NCBI GenBank assembly: GCA_902559415.1
Contig: CACEHW010000002.1
Span: 1-61,918, forward strand
DNA from: an uncultured Fidelibacterota bacterium
Lineage (GTDB): Bacteria > Fidelibacterota > Marinisomatia > Marinisomatales > UBA1611
Direction: 5' to 3'
DNA: 61,918 nucleotides
The position numbers and the translations under genes were made by a program. Below, piece by piece: positions 1 through 10,800 of this stretch. The notes beneath the pieces were generated by a model. The model was not told where the DNA came from and made no database searches. It worked only from the letters and a program-made list of their open reading frames with translations. The first letter of the stretch is position 1. Every line of letters begins with the position of its first letter.

Positions 1-560
1 ATATCCCGTTCTACCATTATTACCATGATCATGAACGATTATAGGATAAGCATCATCAATATTATTAAAACCACCTAACTTTTCAGCTCCTTGATCTATA
101 GCGGTTGCATACTCAGTATAATTGCAGGTTGGAGTAAAATTTGAGATACCATTGGTCACTGGATGGTCATTTTGGACTATAGAAATTTGCCCTGGTTGTT
201 GATATTGATAACCCGCATCCTGCACGTAAGGAGTAATCGCGGCTAGATCAGCATTACCAAGATAATATGTTCTTGTCTCAAAAAGAAACCAGCTTAAACT
301 GAGTATACCACCACCATTTTGCAAATATGTATTCAAGTTAGGAAAAAAATTATATGACCATGTATTATATCCTCCATCTCCATGTCCTGAACCACCAATA
401 ATTATAACATCATAATCAGAGATTTCCGAAATTTCATCTGCTTGGTCTAAAGTCAAAGTGACCGCAGAAAAGTCAAAATAGGTATCATCATTTAATTGCG
501 CTGCAACCAATTCTTTAGTGGCAATGTTAGAATTACTGACAATGGCAACCTTAATATTTA
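1..560 (-). repeat. Copy A of a ThuA-like coding module. It is paralogous to 13807..14366.
   Basis: Hand alignment is collinear. In the best patch, 391..508 vs 14199..14316, I count 8 mismatches in 118 nt. Flanking parts are clearly more diverged. Confidence 0.75.
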
Positions 561-2471
561 AACTATTATCTGTAATACTGAGAGTCGGCTCAATAAACTC
601 ATCTCCAAATTTTTGTGATAAATCCCAGGTAATTCCTGGTACCCACATTTCTGCTCCATACTCATAGGCGCCAATGTCAGGTGCAGTACCAACATAGCCA
701 TCTGTGAAACCTTCAATTACTAGACCTGCATCTACTAAAGCAGAGTCAGGGTGCGGCCTAAAGTTTAAGTTATCAGGGTCTATTAGCATACCTCGCACAC
801 TTCTACCGATCTCATAACCGTTGACATTGTGTGTGTAAATTCCAGGAACAGGGTGATCCTCATAGGATCCGCTTCTGTGTCCAGATATCCTATCAGCAAC
901 ATTATTATGTGTAAGCGTGCCCTCATTTCCGCCCTGTTCAATCATGATAAGGATATCATTCTTATTTTCAGGACCATCAATGACTGTATTATTAAATATC
1001 TTAAACTCAAATCCTTTTGCCATAATGCCACTGTTTCCAAGTCCCCACATAACATTGTGATGCATAATACCATTGTTGCCTGTGCCATTACCATCGAACC
1101 TTGCTCCGTATTTAACTGAACTATGGAGCCAGTTGTAACTGATTTCCGTTCCAGGCGCTTGACCAGTCATTACCTGAACCATTGCTCCATCACCTTGCAT
1201 ATGGCCAGTATCTGAAATATTATTAAGAGTAATCAAACTAGCATCGCCAGGGTTTAATGTGGCCGAAGCACCCAACTTATGCATTGTATTTCTTCGAATA
1301 ATATTATTTGCGCCACCCATTTGAATCGTGGTCATCAAACTATTTAGATCCGTAACACTGTAATCAATATGATAAAAATAACAGTCTTCGATTGTGTTAT
1401 TGTGAGAATACATCTCTAACGCAGATCCATCTGTATATCTAAAAGCGCTCTTTGATACTTTGCAATAACTACTGGACCTGAATACAGACATATCTGGTTG
1501 AGTATCAGTAATACCTAGCATTCTCTTATGGCAACTTGGGTACCATAAGTTGCAATTCTCTACTTTTGAATAATCGCAGTTATCAAATTGAAATGTTGTT
1601 CCAAAAAATTCTAATCCATGAATTTCCACATAATCAGAATTCGAAATATTAAAAGCATAGCTTTGTACTTTTCCTCTAATACTTAATTCGTTTGGATCTT
1701 GACCCTGAGGTGGCCAAAAATAAAGCATTTTATCTGAAGTATCGAAAAACCACTCTCCTTCGCTATCTAAAAATTCTATTTTTCCTTCAAGGTAATAATC
1801 GTGGTGTTTTACTTTCCACTCGTTATCAGGTACAAGATCATAGGTAATAGTGTTTCCTGAGTGAGTATTAATTTTTCTCGTCCAGGTTCTAAAAGATCCT
1901 ACATTCAAAATCGCAATTGCATCAACCACGCTAAAACCAATTGAAGAAAGGTCGACATCCCCATGAGGTTTATCTACTAAAGTACCATTCTCATATGCTG
2001 GTTCTTGGGATTGATCCATTGTACCATGAGCCCAGTGGTTTTCTTTATCCCATATACTGCCATCATCAAAATTTGCATTTGGCCACCTTGCCATCACCTG
2101 CTCTTTTCTATCAAGAAATAGCTGCCATATATCAAAATCAATCTGAGTTTTCCATATATTTCCTTGATGAGCAGTCCAAGCAGTAGATATTAACTTGGTC
2201 CCATCAATTACCACCCTATCATTATCAAATGATTTAAATAATATGGGCGCACCATCTGAACCTGACACACCATCTAAGGTTATTTGCTCGCGATATGATC
2301 CTTCCATTATGTTAATGACATCACCACCTTCAACAATATCAGCTGCCTTTTGAATAGTTAGAAAAGGTGAGTCTATTGTACCTGGGTTCTCATCACTCCC
2401 TTGAACAGATACGAAGTAATCTGCTCCGCTACATACACTAATAAACATTATGAGCAAAATATATTTTTTCA
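1..2471 (-). CDS. Secreted right-handed beta-helix (pectin-lyase-fold-like) protein followed by a ThuA/GATase1-like module. Partial: the C-terminal end runs off the left edge of the window.
   Basis: The ATG at 2471..2469 on the minus strand opens a frame with no stop down to position 1, which is why it is missing from the ORF track. Hand translation starts MKKYILLIMFISVCSGADYFVSVQGSDENPGTIDSPFLTIQKAADIVEGGDVINIMEGSYRE (signal peptide plus the typical beta-helix N-cap). The last ~185 aa visible (IKVAIVSNSNIATKELVAAQLNDDTYFDF...IIIGGSG...IVHDHGNNGRTGY) parallel aa 277..~460 of the 1183-aa protein. Confidence 0.7.
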
Positions 2472-2575
2472 TTTTTAATGACCTAATCACGTATTGTTAA
2501 AATAATAAAATAAACTGAGATATGAATTTAAAATAGTATTTATCCTAAATGGCATATCATAATTAGTTTTCATTA

Positions 2576-3151
2576 ATGTCTTTCCATCAAAATAAACCAG
2601 ATGAAATTTTTAAAGAGGAACTCAATGATTTGCATTCTGCTGTAAAGGATGCTGGCCACGATTACCATCTATTCACCATTGCCACTGTAAATGATAAGGT
2701 CCCGGAAATTAGAACAGTGGTTCTTCGAGATTTTATTATTAAAAAATACCAAATAAGTTTTCATACTGATACTAGAAGTCCCAAGTATAGCCAAGTCAAA
2801 TCAAATCCCGCCATATCTGCACTTTTTTATAGTACTCAAAAAAGAACTCAATTACGAATTCATGGTAATGCAACAATTTGCAAAGACCAAAATCTTTTAA
2901 ATACGTTATGGAGTAATCTTAATAAAGATAGCAGAGAATGTTATCAAGGAGAAGTACCTCCAAGTGGAAATATCCCAAAATCAAAAATTATAAATGATAC
3001 TTCTAGTGAAATGAATGGATTTGAAAATTTTTCCAGAGTATCAATTGAAATTTCTACTATCGAGATACTTAGGCTACATCATCTAGGCCATAAAAGATTA
3101 CTTTGTGATGTATTAAAAGACCCAATCGATTTTCAGTGGATAGCCTCATGA
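2576..3151 (+). CDS. Pyridoxamine 5'-phosphate oxidase-like FMN-binding protein
   Basis: 191 aa of PNPOx-like size and pattern (TVVLRDF..., LRIHGNA, C-terminal IEISTIEILRL). Its stop overlaps the next start as ATGA. Confidence 0.5.
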   Translation: MSFHQNKPDEIFKEELNDLHSAVKDAGHDYHLFTIATVNDKVPEIRTVVLRDFIIKKYQISFHTDTRSPKYSQVKSNPAISALFYSTQKRTQLRIHGNATICKDQNLLNTLWSNLNKDSRECYQGEVPPSGNIPKSKIINDTSSEMNGFENFSRVSIEISTIEILRLHHLGHKRLLCDVLKDPIDFQWIAS

Positions 3152-4263
3152 GGAAATCAATTAGTATCGGTTTTTTGTTTACATTAGTTTTGCTTACAAC
3201 ACCCTCATGCTCAAGATTATATTTTGGGCCAAATAGCGTTCCAAAGTTTTCAACGAATCAACCTAATGAACTAGGACCCAATGTAAGCTTGTGGGAAGAC
3301 GGTCTTCGAACATCAGGAGATAGAAATGAATTTGAGTGGTGGTATTTTGATGCAAAACTAGATGATGGATCTGTATTAGTAACCTACTTTTGGAAAGTTC
3401 ATTTTATTGGAAATCAATATTTTATAGGATTTAATTATAGAGACCCTGAGGGAAACGATTTTTTTAAATTAAAATACTTTAAATCAAGGCAAGTTTCTTT
3501 CTCATCAGATAGTTGTGATGTTAGGTATGGCGGCAACACCTTCGTAGGTAATCTTAAAAACTACAGTATTACTATTGACCCTGACGATTTTGATGGTGTT
3601 GGTTTTGATTTAACTCTTAAATCAAATATGGACCCATATAGGCCACAGGATGGAATCATCAAAGCTGGAAATGATTATTTTGCTTGGCTTTCTGCTGTTC
3701 CAAATGGGAAAATAGATGGTGAACTTACAATAAATGGCAAAAAATCAAAACTTTCTGGGAGTGGGTATCACGACCACAACTGGGGTAATACCCCTCTTCA
3801 ACATTTATTCGATGATTGGGTATGGTTCAGAGGAGAAATTGAAGATAAAACCATCGTAGCAGCGGTTCTTTATATGGCAGATAAACGCGGTGGATATGAC
3901 GTACCAATTTTGTACGTAGCCGACAGCAGCAAGGTGTACGTGAATAGATTCGGTCAGGATGGTCTTTATACAAAAAAATCTTCAAGAATTACTGATCTAT
4001 ACAACAAGCACAATGAACCACTTTTTCGTGAGCTGGATATGATAACTGAGGATGGATACAAAATAAATATTAAAGGTAAAAATGTCATAGATAACTCCAA
4101 TCTTTTTAAAAGGGGTAAGATGCCTTATCCTTTAAGGTTGGCGATGGGTGCTGCGAAGGTCGATCCTTTTTACACAAGATTTGATAGTGAGCTTAGTATC
4201 AGTATCGATGGTCAAACTCCCAAAATAGGTTTTGGGGTTTTTGAGATAATGGACCTTAAATGA
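3148..4263 (+). CDS. CrtC/AttH-like (hydroxyneurosporene synthase family, lipocalin-like) secreted or lipoprotein
   Basis: Motifs EFEWWYFDAKLDDGS and GSGYHDHNWGN. The N-terminus MRKSISIGFLFTLVLLTTPSC is signal- or lipoprotein-like. I chose the ATG at 3148 over the GTG at 3136 because it forms an ATGA overlap with the upstream stop. Confidence 0.5.
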   Translation: MRKSISIGFLFTLVLLTTPSCSRLYFGPNSVPKFSTNQPNELGPNVSLWEDGLRTSGDRNEFEWWYFDAKLDDGSVLVTYFWKVHFIGNQYFIGFNYRDPEGNDFFKLKYFKSRQVSFSSDSCDVRYGGNTFVGNLKNYSITIDPDDFDGVGFDLTLKSNMDPYRPQDGIIKAGNDYFAWLSAVPNGKIDGELTINGKKSKLSGSGYHDHNWGNTPLQHLFDDWVWFRGEIEDKTIVAAVLYMADKRGGYDVPILYVADSSKVYVNRFGQDGLYTKKSSRITDLYNKHNEPLFRELDMITEDGYKINIKGKNVIDNSNLFKRGKMPYPLRLAMGAAKVDPFYTRFDSELSISIDGQTPKIGFGVFEIMDLK

Positions 4264-5144
4264 AATCATCCGCATTTGGGTTTAAGGAAGTATCCAAGCA
4301 CTTCCAAAACATTAAAGCTCTGGATGGAATATCACTTGATATACCTTTGAATTCTATTTTTGGCTTGCTTGGACCAAATGGAAGCGGAAAATCAACATTA
4401 ATGAGGATATTAGCTGGATTAATACAATCCTGGGATGGTACGTTAAACGTTGGTGGTAAACTTCGTACATCTGGAAATAATGAGCATCTAAAAGACTTTG
4501 GATTTCTAATTGAAGCCCCCTCCTTTTATGAATATCTATCTGCGTTTGATAATTTAAAAATCCTTTCAAGATTGATGAATATAAATACAGAAGCTATAAA
4601 TGAAGTTTTAGATACTGTAAATCTCACTGAAAGGGCAAATGATAAGGTGAAAACCTATAGCTACGGTATGAAACAGCGATTAGGATTAGCTCAGTGTTTA
4701 CTTCATGACCCTCAAATTCTTATTCTTGATGAACCAAATAATGGATTAGACCCTTCTGGAATTCGAGAGATGAGTAGAATTATCCATGGCTTGCATAAAA
4801 ATGGGAAAACAATATGTATTAGCACCCATATACTAAGCGAGGTTGATTCACTTTGTACCCATGCTGCTATACTTCAAAAAGGTAAAAAGATAGCTACACT
4901 TGAACTAGATGAAAAATACCACAGTTACACCACCTACCTTATTCAATCAGATAATAGTCAAAAAACAATAGATGATTTTAAAAAAGTACCAGATTTTCAG
5001 TTCAAGATCATTGATGATAGAAACCTAATCTTAAAAACAAAACTACAAAATGTAACAAATATGGTTAAAGATATTGATCCAAACAGTTTTGATAATAAAA
5101 CAATAACGAAACAATCTAACCTCCTGGAATTTTTTAATGCTTAA
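4260..5144 (+). CDS. ABC transporter ATP-binding protein
   Basis: Walker A GPNGSGKST, ABC signature YSYGMKQRL and Walker B ILILDEP. ATGA overlap with the upstream gene. Confidence 0.9.
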   Translation: MKSSAFGFKEVSKHFQNIKALDGISLDIPLNSIFGLLGPNGSGKSTLMRILAGLIQSWDGTLNVGGKLRTSGNNEHLKDFGFLIEAPSFYEYLSAFDNLKILSRLMNINTEAINEVLDTVNLTERANDKVKTYSYGMKQRLGLAQCLLHDPQILILDEPNNGLDPSGIREMSRIIHGLHKNGKTICISTHILSEVDSLCTHAAILQKGKKIATLELDEKYHSYTTYLIQSDNSQKTIDDFKKVPDFQFKIIDDRNLILKTKLQNVTNMVKDIDPNSFDNKTITKQSNLLEFFNA

Positions 5145-5976
5145 GAGCTTAATAATAAATGAAATTATAAAAGTCTCACACAAAAAAAGGACCTACATCA
5201 GTTTCTTTTTGATTACAATTTTGATTCCTTTTATTGTACTAGCAGTTAAAAATGGAGGCGGATCTCTTGAGAGCAAGTTATATGGTCAATTAGCTGATTC
5301 TTTTATATTTGTTGGTAGTCTCGTGAATGGCAATCTCTCTGCCTATATTATTATTGCTATTTTAATTAGCCACATGCCATTCCTTAGCACAATTGTAGCC
5401 TCTGAAATTGTATCAGGGGAATATTCCAAAGGTACATTCAGAATGTATTTAACTAGGCCAGTTAGTAGAAACTTAGTTTTATTATCTAAACTACTAATTG
5501 TCCTGGCTTATACAACCCTGATGATGTTTTATTTTGTAATGTATACACTAATTATAAGTAGACTAATTATTGGAGATGGTGACCTTGTAGTATTCCATGA
5601 GGGTCTGCTGGTTCTTGATGCGACAGATACGGTTTGGAGATTTTTTCTCAGTTTTTGGCTGTCAAATATTCTAATGCTCACTGTGACCTGCTTGTGCTTT
5701 ATGATAAGCACGTTTTCAAAAAACAGCGTTACACCAATTATTGTTACTATCTCAATTGTTTTTATTGGAACCGCTGTAGCGTTTATCCCCATAGAATTAT
5801 TCGAGCTTTTAAACCCCTATTTATTTACGGGATATATTGATCTTTTTTTAACAGCTTTCCATGACCCTTTGCCCAAAGACATATACATTCAGGAAGTTAT
5901 TGTTTGTGGTCTCTGGTCATTTATTTTTATAACTACTTCATTTTATCATTTTAATAAATGCGATATACTAGATTAA
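5137..5976 (+). CDS. ABC-2 type transporter permease
   Basis: 279 aa with about 6 hydrophobic spans. It overlaps the ATPase stop by 8 nt. Confidence 0.7.
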   Translation: MLKSLIINEIIKVSHKKRTYISFFLITILIPFIVLAVKNGGGSLESKLYGQLADSFIFVGSLVNGNLSAYIIIAILISHMPFLSTIVASEIVSGEYSKGTFRMYLTRPVSRNLVLLSKLLIVLAYTTLMMFYFVMYTLIISRLIIGDGDLVVFHEGLLVLDATDTVWRFFLSFWLSNILMLTVTCLCFMISTFSKNSVTPIIVTISIVFIGTAVAFIPIELFELLNPYLFTGYIDLFLTAFHDPLPKDIYIQEVIVCGLWSFIFITTSFYHFNKCDILD

Positions 5977-6689
5977 TAATACTCCTTTTTACGCCAATAT
6001 TTATTTTTGCAAATGATCTTTATCTGAATGATGTTAATAGGGTTGTAGATAAAACCCAGAAACAATTTGAAAAAGCATCTGATTACCAGGTTACCATGAA
6101 AATTGAGTTAAAAGTACCTGGCTTCCGCATGCCTAAAAAAAAGTATAAAGTTTTTTTCAAGCAACCAAACAAGCTCAAGATTAAATCTCGAGGATTTGGG
6201 ATGTTACCGAAGACTGGCATTTTTACATCACCAAAAGACAATTTTGACAATTTAAAAAACATGCGTCTGATTTCTACAAATAATAACAACGGACAGGTTT
6301 ACATAAAAGGAGAGGTCATTGTTGATAGTTTAAAACTTAAAATGCCAAATGAATATGCTAAGTTAGGTTTCAGGCCAACTGTAACCGTAAAAATAGATAC
6401 AAACAACTGGGTTATAAATAATATAATTACAGAGTTAGATACACTTAAACTAGTAGAAATAACAAACACATATAAAAAAGTTGATAATAATTACGTTATG
6501 CCTTCTGCTTCAACGGTACAGTATTTTATAAAAGATGCAAAACTCTCTGGTTGGCTTAAAAAAGATATCACCAGTATTGTTGGTCAAAATCCTCTAGAAC
6601 AAAAAAGCGATATGGTTGAGGGAAAAATATCCATAGTATATGAAGACTATATTATTAACCGTGGTATAAAAGATAAGGTATTTGATTAG
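5958..6689 (+). CDS. Secreted LolA-like / outer-membrane lipoprotein-sorting-like protein
   Basis: Signal peptide MRYTRLIILLFTPIFIFA and a beta-rich 243-aa body. It overlaps the permease gene by 19 nt. The fold assignment is only a guess from size, context and pattern. Confidence 0.35.
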   Translation: MRYTRLIILLFTPIFIFANDLYLNDVNRVVDKTQKQFEKASDYQVTMKIELKVPGFRMPKKKYKVFFKQPNKLKIKSRGFGMLPKTGIFTSPKDNFDNLKNMRLISTNNNNGQVYIKGEVIVDSLKLKMPNEYAKLGFRPTVTVKIDTNNWVINNIITELDTLKLVEITNTYKKVDNNYVMPSASTVQYFIKDAKLSGWLKKDITSIVGQNPLEQKSDMVEGKISIVYEDYIINRGIKDKVFD

Positions 6690-6693
6690 GCAG

Positions 6694-8046
6694 CTAAAAA
6701 TTCAGATTAATTGAAACACCAGGTACTAAGGTTCTATTTTGGTTTAATAGTATCGGGCTAACTGCGAGTACCATTTCATTTTTTCTTTTTGTTGGGATAT
6801 CATTTTTTGAAAAGTCAGAACTTATATTTATTCTAGAGAAGTACCACCCTGCCGTGATACTGGCCGCATCCAAATATCTAGCTGACCTTTCTCCATAATC
6901 AACGCCTGTTAATAAAGCAGTACCAACCCATGCCAAATAGGCCGCACCTGCACCAAGCGCAACTATTTTTTCTTGACCTTGCGATAAACTACCATATTTT
7001 TTATTCAACTTATTCCCCAAATATAAAAACCCGTTCACCCCTGCCATTGTGAGCATTGTCTGATCTTTATAATGATTTAACTCAATTGCATATCCAAGTA
7101 CCAAACTATTCAGATATCCTAAGCCTATTGATAAATTCAAAAATGCTACATCACCCTCCGTAATTGATGAGTTTTTCAGGGCAATTTCTTTCGCAATTTT
7201 ACCACCAAATAGTGCTCCAGCATAAACCAAGGAAGTTGTCCACCTCGCAAAATTCTCAGGGTTTTTCTGCGACCAACTATACCAATCAGTTTGTTGAATC
7301 ACGCCAACAGAATTTAATGCACCGAGGTTAATACCTAGTGATATCAAGAATGACTGACCATTTGATAAATTCCACTTCGTATACGATCTATCAGCTAAAA
7401 TTGATCCGTAAGGAGTTGAAACCATTGTATAGCCGAGAGCTACTTTTCCATCAGGATCAAACTCAGACCAATTTTTCAATCCCACAACACTAATAATTGG
7501 TACAATAGAATAGAAACCTAGATTTGCTCCTGCAAATTGAAGATATGAACGTCCAAGCGGCAGGTCCATATTTTTTGTATAACTAGAACTTAAAGTAAAA
7601 GTAGCGCCAAAGACTAATAGCCTGAAACCAATATATTCATCATCATCTTGATCCCAATCTAACAAGTAAGGTATTCCGCCGCCATAGAGTGTGTTTCCAA
7701 CGCCCATAGCTGCATAGATAGTCCTCCATCTTGCCTCTTGATTTAAAGAGAGCTGGCTCGCTTTAGCATTTAAATAAGAATTTGAAAGAGAACTTTTTTT
7801 ATTGTTTCTTACGCTGCCATTGGTAATACCATCTGAAATTAGAGATATATCCTTTTTAGGGATTGTAAGCTGACCGAATTCAGTATTGAGACTGTAGGTT
7901 GAGTCAGTTTTATTTAACAATTCACCTGTAATTTTATTACCATTTTTTAACTCAATCGTAAGCTTAGCGTTTTGAGATAAAGAGAAGGATAATAGAAAAA
8001 ATAAAAATAAAGTCGCCCTATAACTTTGATAATAATCCCTTATCAT
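6694..8046 (-). CDS. Hypothetical envelope protein, Gly-rich and hydrophobic, with a C-terminal aromatic residue
   Basis: 450 aa with an N-terminal signal-like segment. It ends in ...VSINLNF, which resembles an OMP beta-signal. No recognised catalytic motif. Confidence 0.5.
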   Translation of the reverse strand: MIRDYYQSYRATLFLFFLLSFSLSQNAKLTIELKNGNKITGELLNKTDSTYSLNTEFGQLTIPKKDISLISDGITNGSVRNNKKSSLSNSYLNAKASQLSLNQEARWRTIYAAMGVGNTLYGGGIPYLLDWDQDDDEYIGFRLLVFGATFTLSSSYTKNMDLPLGRSYLQFAGANLGFYSIVPIISVVGLKNWSEFDPDGKVALGYTMVSTPYGSILADRSYTKWNLSNGQSFLISLGINLGALNSVGVIQQTDWYSWSQKNPENFARWTTSLVYAGALFGGKIAKEIALKNSSITEGDVAFLNLSIGLGYLNSLVLGYAIELNHYKDQTMLTMAGVNGFLYLGNKLNKKYGSLSQGQEKIVALGAGAAYLAWVGTALLTGVDYGERSARYLDAASITAGWYFSRINISSDFSKNDIPTKRKNEMVLAVSPILLNQNRTLVPGVSINLNF

Positions 8047-8130
8047 GTACTAATCTAGGAACATTATATTTGACTTATTAATAATAGTTTTACTTGCCAT
8101 ATTTAATTAATTATAAATATTTATTATCTA

Positions 8131-10068
8131 ATGAATGAGATACTTTGGAAACCAAAAAACGTAAATAAAACCAAGTTAAAAGAATTTACAGATCTTATTA
8201 ATGATAAGTATGCGTTAGATATAGTCGGCTACCAAGAGTTATATAAATGGTCGATCAAAAAAATACCAAATTTTTGGAGTGAAATTTTAGAATATACAGA
8301 AGTGAAATACTCTGGGGACGCCGGCAATGTTCTTTCAGACCTTGAAATGAAACCCGGACTAAAATGGTTTCCAAATATTTCACTTAATTTTGCAGAAAAT
8401 TTATTAAAACATAAAAATGATGAACTTGCAATCATCTCAAAAAATGAAAATTCAGACCTAGTTAAAATAACATATAATGAACTTTACCTTAGTGTGGCAA
8501 AATTAGCCTACTCCTTAAAAAAATTAGGTTTAAAACAAGGTGATCGAGTTGCAGCCGTGCTTCCAAATTCTCATGAGGCTGTTATTGCGATGCTGGCAAC
8601 AACATCAATAGGGGCTATTTGGAGCTCTTGCTCTCCTGATTTCGGGATAGCATCTGTTACAGATAGATTTAAACAGATTGAGCCTAAATTTATTTTCTCA
8701 ATCCATTCTTATTATTATAATGGTAAATCATTTGATTTTCATGAAAAACTAAATTCTATTATTGAAAATCTCCCTTCACTAGAAAAAATCATTATATCCA
8801 CAGCTGGTACTTTACAATCAAACAAATCAAAGCCACATTTAGATTTCTCAGACCTTCTTGAAAATGAAGAAAGCGAAATAAAATTCGAACGTTTCCCATT
8901 TGATCACCCGGCATTTATACTCTATACTTCTGGAACAACTGGATTGCCAAAGTCAATTGTCCATGGTACTGGTGGAACACTGCTACAGCACAATAAAGAG
9001 CTACTCCTACATTGTGATGCAACGAAAAAAGATACAGCATTTTATTATACCACCTGCGGTTGGATGATGTGGAACTGGCTGGTTAGCTTTTTATCTGTAG
9101 GTTCTACCATAGTTCTGTATGATGGCTCTCCTTTTTTCCCAAACGAAAAAGCAATGTGGAATCTAATTGATGAACTTGATATAACAATCTTTGGGACCAG
9201 TGCAAAATTTATTGATGCCTGCAGAGCTAATGACCTATCTCCTTCTGATTTTGCGAGACTTGATTCTCTAAAACAAATACTATCAACTGGATCTCCACTG
9301 GTGACTGAGAGCTTCAATTATGTCTACGAGCACGTAAAAAAAGACGTTCTCCTGGGCTCTATTTCTGGTGGAACAGATATTATATCCTGCTTTGCTTTAA
9401 ATAACCCAACATTACCTGTTTATAAGGGAGAACTACAATGTCGTGGTTTGGGAATGGATGTTGATGTTTTTGATAATAACGGTAAATCTATTCGAAATAA
9501 AAAAGGTGAACTTGTTTGCAGGTCTCCCTTTCCATCCATGCCGATATCTTTCTGGAATGATAAAAGCGGAGAAAAATACCATAATGCGTATTTTAACAAA
9601 TTTAAAGATACTTGGGCTCACGGGGATTTTATTGAGGTTAATGACCATGGTGGTGTCATTATTTATGGTCGAAGCGATGCAACCCTAAACCCTGGTGGTG
9701 TAAGAATTGGTACATCGGAAATATACAGGGTTGTAGAATCATTTTTAGAAGTAGATGATAGCTTAGTCATTGCTCAAGAGTGGGAAAATGATCAACGAAT
9801 AATATTGTTTTTAAAACTTAGAGAACCTCATATCTTTTCAGAAGAACTTGCTGACACCATTAAGAAAACTATTAGAACCTCCCTCTCTCCAAGACATGTA
9901 CCTTCGATCATACTTCAAACAAAAGATATCCCTTATACAATTAGCGGGAAAAAAGTGGAGCTTGCTGTTAAAAAGATTATTGAAGGTAAAGAAGTTGTAA
10001 ATCAAGATGCTCTCAGCAACCCTGAATCACTTGACCTTTATAAATCTATTCCAGAATTATCATCATAG
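8131..10068 (+). CDS. aacS: Acetoacetyl-CoA synthetase (acetoacetate-CoA ligase)
   Basis: 645 aa. The N-terminus ILWKP...YQELYKWSI...FWSEI is typical of AacS. AMP-binding motif YTSGTTGLPKSIVH. Confidence 0.85.
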   Translation: MNEILWKPKNVNKTKLKEFTDLINDKYALDIVGYQELYKWSIKKIPNFWSEILEYTEVKYSGDAGNVLSDLEMKPGLKWFPNISLNFAENLLKHKNDELAIISKNENSDLVKITYNELYLSVAKLAYSLKKLGLKQGDRVAAVLPNSHEAVIAMLATTSIGAIWSSCSPDFGIASVTDRFKQIEPKFIFSIHSYYYNGKSFDFHEKLNSIIENLPSLEKIIISTAGTLQSNKSKPHLDFSDLLENEESEIKFERFPFDHPAFILYTSGTTGLPKSIVHGTGGTLLQHNKELLLHCDATKKDTAFYYTTCGWMMWNWLVSFLSVGSTIVLYDGSPFFPNEKAMWNLIDELDITIFGTSAKFIDACRANDLSPSDFARLDSLKQILSTGSPLVTESFNYVYEHVKKDVLLGSISGGTDIISCFALNNPTLPVYKGELQCRGLGMDVDVFDNNGKSIRNKKGELVCRSPFPSMPISFWNDKSGEKYHNAYFNKFKDTWAHGDFIEVNDHGGVIIYGRSDATLNPGGVRIGTSEIYRVVESFLEVDDSLVIAQEWENDQRIILFLKLREPHIFSEELADTIKKTIRTSLSPRHVPSIILQTKDIPYTISGKKVELAVKKIIEGKEVVNQDALSNPESLDLYKSIPELSS

Positions 10069-10793
10069 TGAAAGACATCTATCTATATCCTGATCTCTAC
10101 GATGCCCTTCATCAAGATATAGAGACAGACAAAAATGTTATTACCCACTATGCAAAAAAGTGTAATGGCTCTGTTTTAGAGGTAGCCTCTGGCACAGGAA
10201 GATTATCAAAATACATTACAGATCTCGGACTGCCATATACTGGTATAGATAACAGCCAATCATTTCTAGACGTCTCCATTAAAAATCTAGGTAATAGAGG
10301 AACATTCTTACTTCGTGATATGCGTGATTTTCATCTAAATAAAAAATTTGATTTTATATTTATCGGTTTCAATTCGTTCTTGCACAACCTTACAGATAAA
10401 GACGCAGTAAGCTGTCTTACATCAATTAAAACTCACTTAAATGATGGCGGATTATTCTTGCTATCTATTTTTCAACCTGACCACAGTTTTCTTTACAGAG
10501 ATGAATACCTTTATGAAGCTAGAACCTTTTTTGATTATCAAGGGAAACAATGCAGGATGATGGAGAGAAACTCATTTGATGATGAAACGCAAATTAATAG
10601 CTTAATATGGCAGCTGGAGATCGATGGCAATCTCTCAGAGGAAACGTACTCGTTTAAGCAGAGAATGTACTACCCGCATAAGATGGACTTATTATTTCAG
10701 GAAACAGGATTCTCAATTCAAGAAAAGTTTGGTGACTGGGATATGAACCCCTTAGATGAGGAAAGTCCACTGCAGATCTACATCTGCAAATGA
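10068..10793 (+). CDS. Class I SAM-dependent methyltransferase
   Basis: Motif I VLEVASGTGRLS. The GTG start overlaps the aacS stop by 1 nt. Confidence 0.8.
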   Translation: MKDIYLYPDLYDALHQDIETDKNVITHYAKKCNGSVLEVASGTGRLSKYITDLGLPYTGIDNSQSFLDVSIKNLGNRGTFLLRDMRDFHLNKKFDFIFIGFNSFLHNLTDKDAVSCLTSIKTHLNDGGLFLLSIFQPDHSFLYRDEYLYEARTFFDYQGKQCRMMERNSFDDETQINSLIWQLEIDGNLSEETYSFKQRMYYPHKMDLLFQETGFSIQEKFGDWDMNPLDEESPLQIYICK

Positions 10794-10800
10794 GTAAGCA

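Noticed and set aside
829-2186. Plus-strand ORFs 829..1119 and 1941..2186 from the ORF track
   Set aside because: Both lie antisense inside the long open minus-strand frame (1..2471), which encodes a coherent beta-helix protein. Their translations are low-complexity with no motifs.
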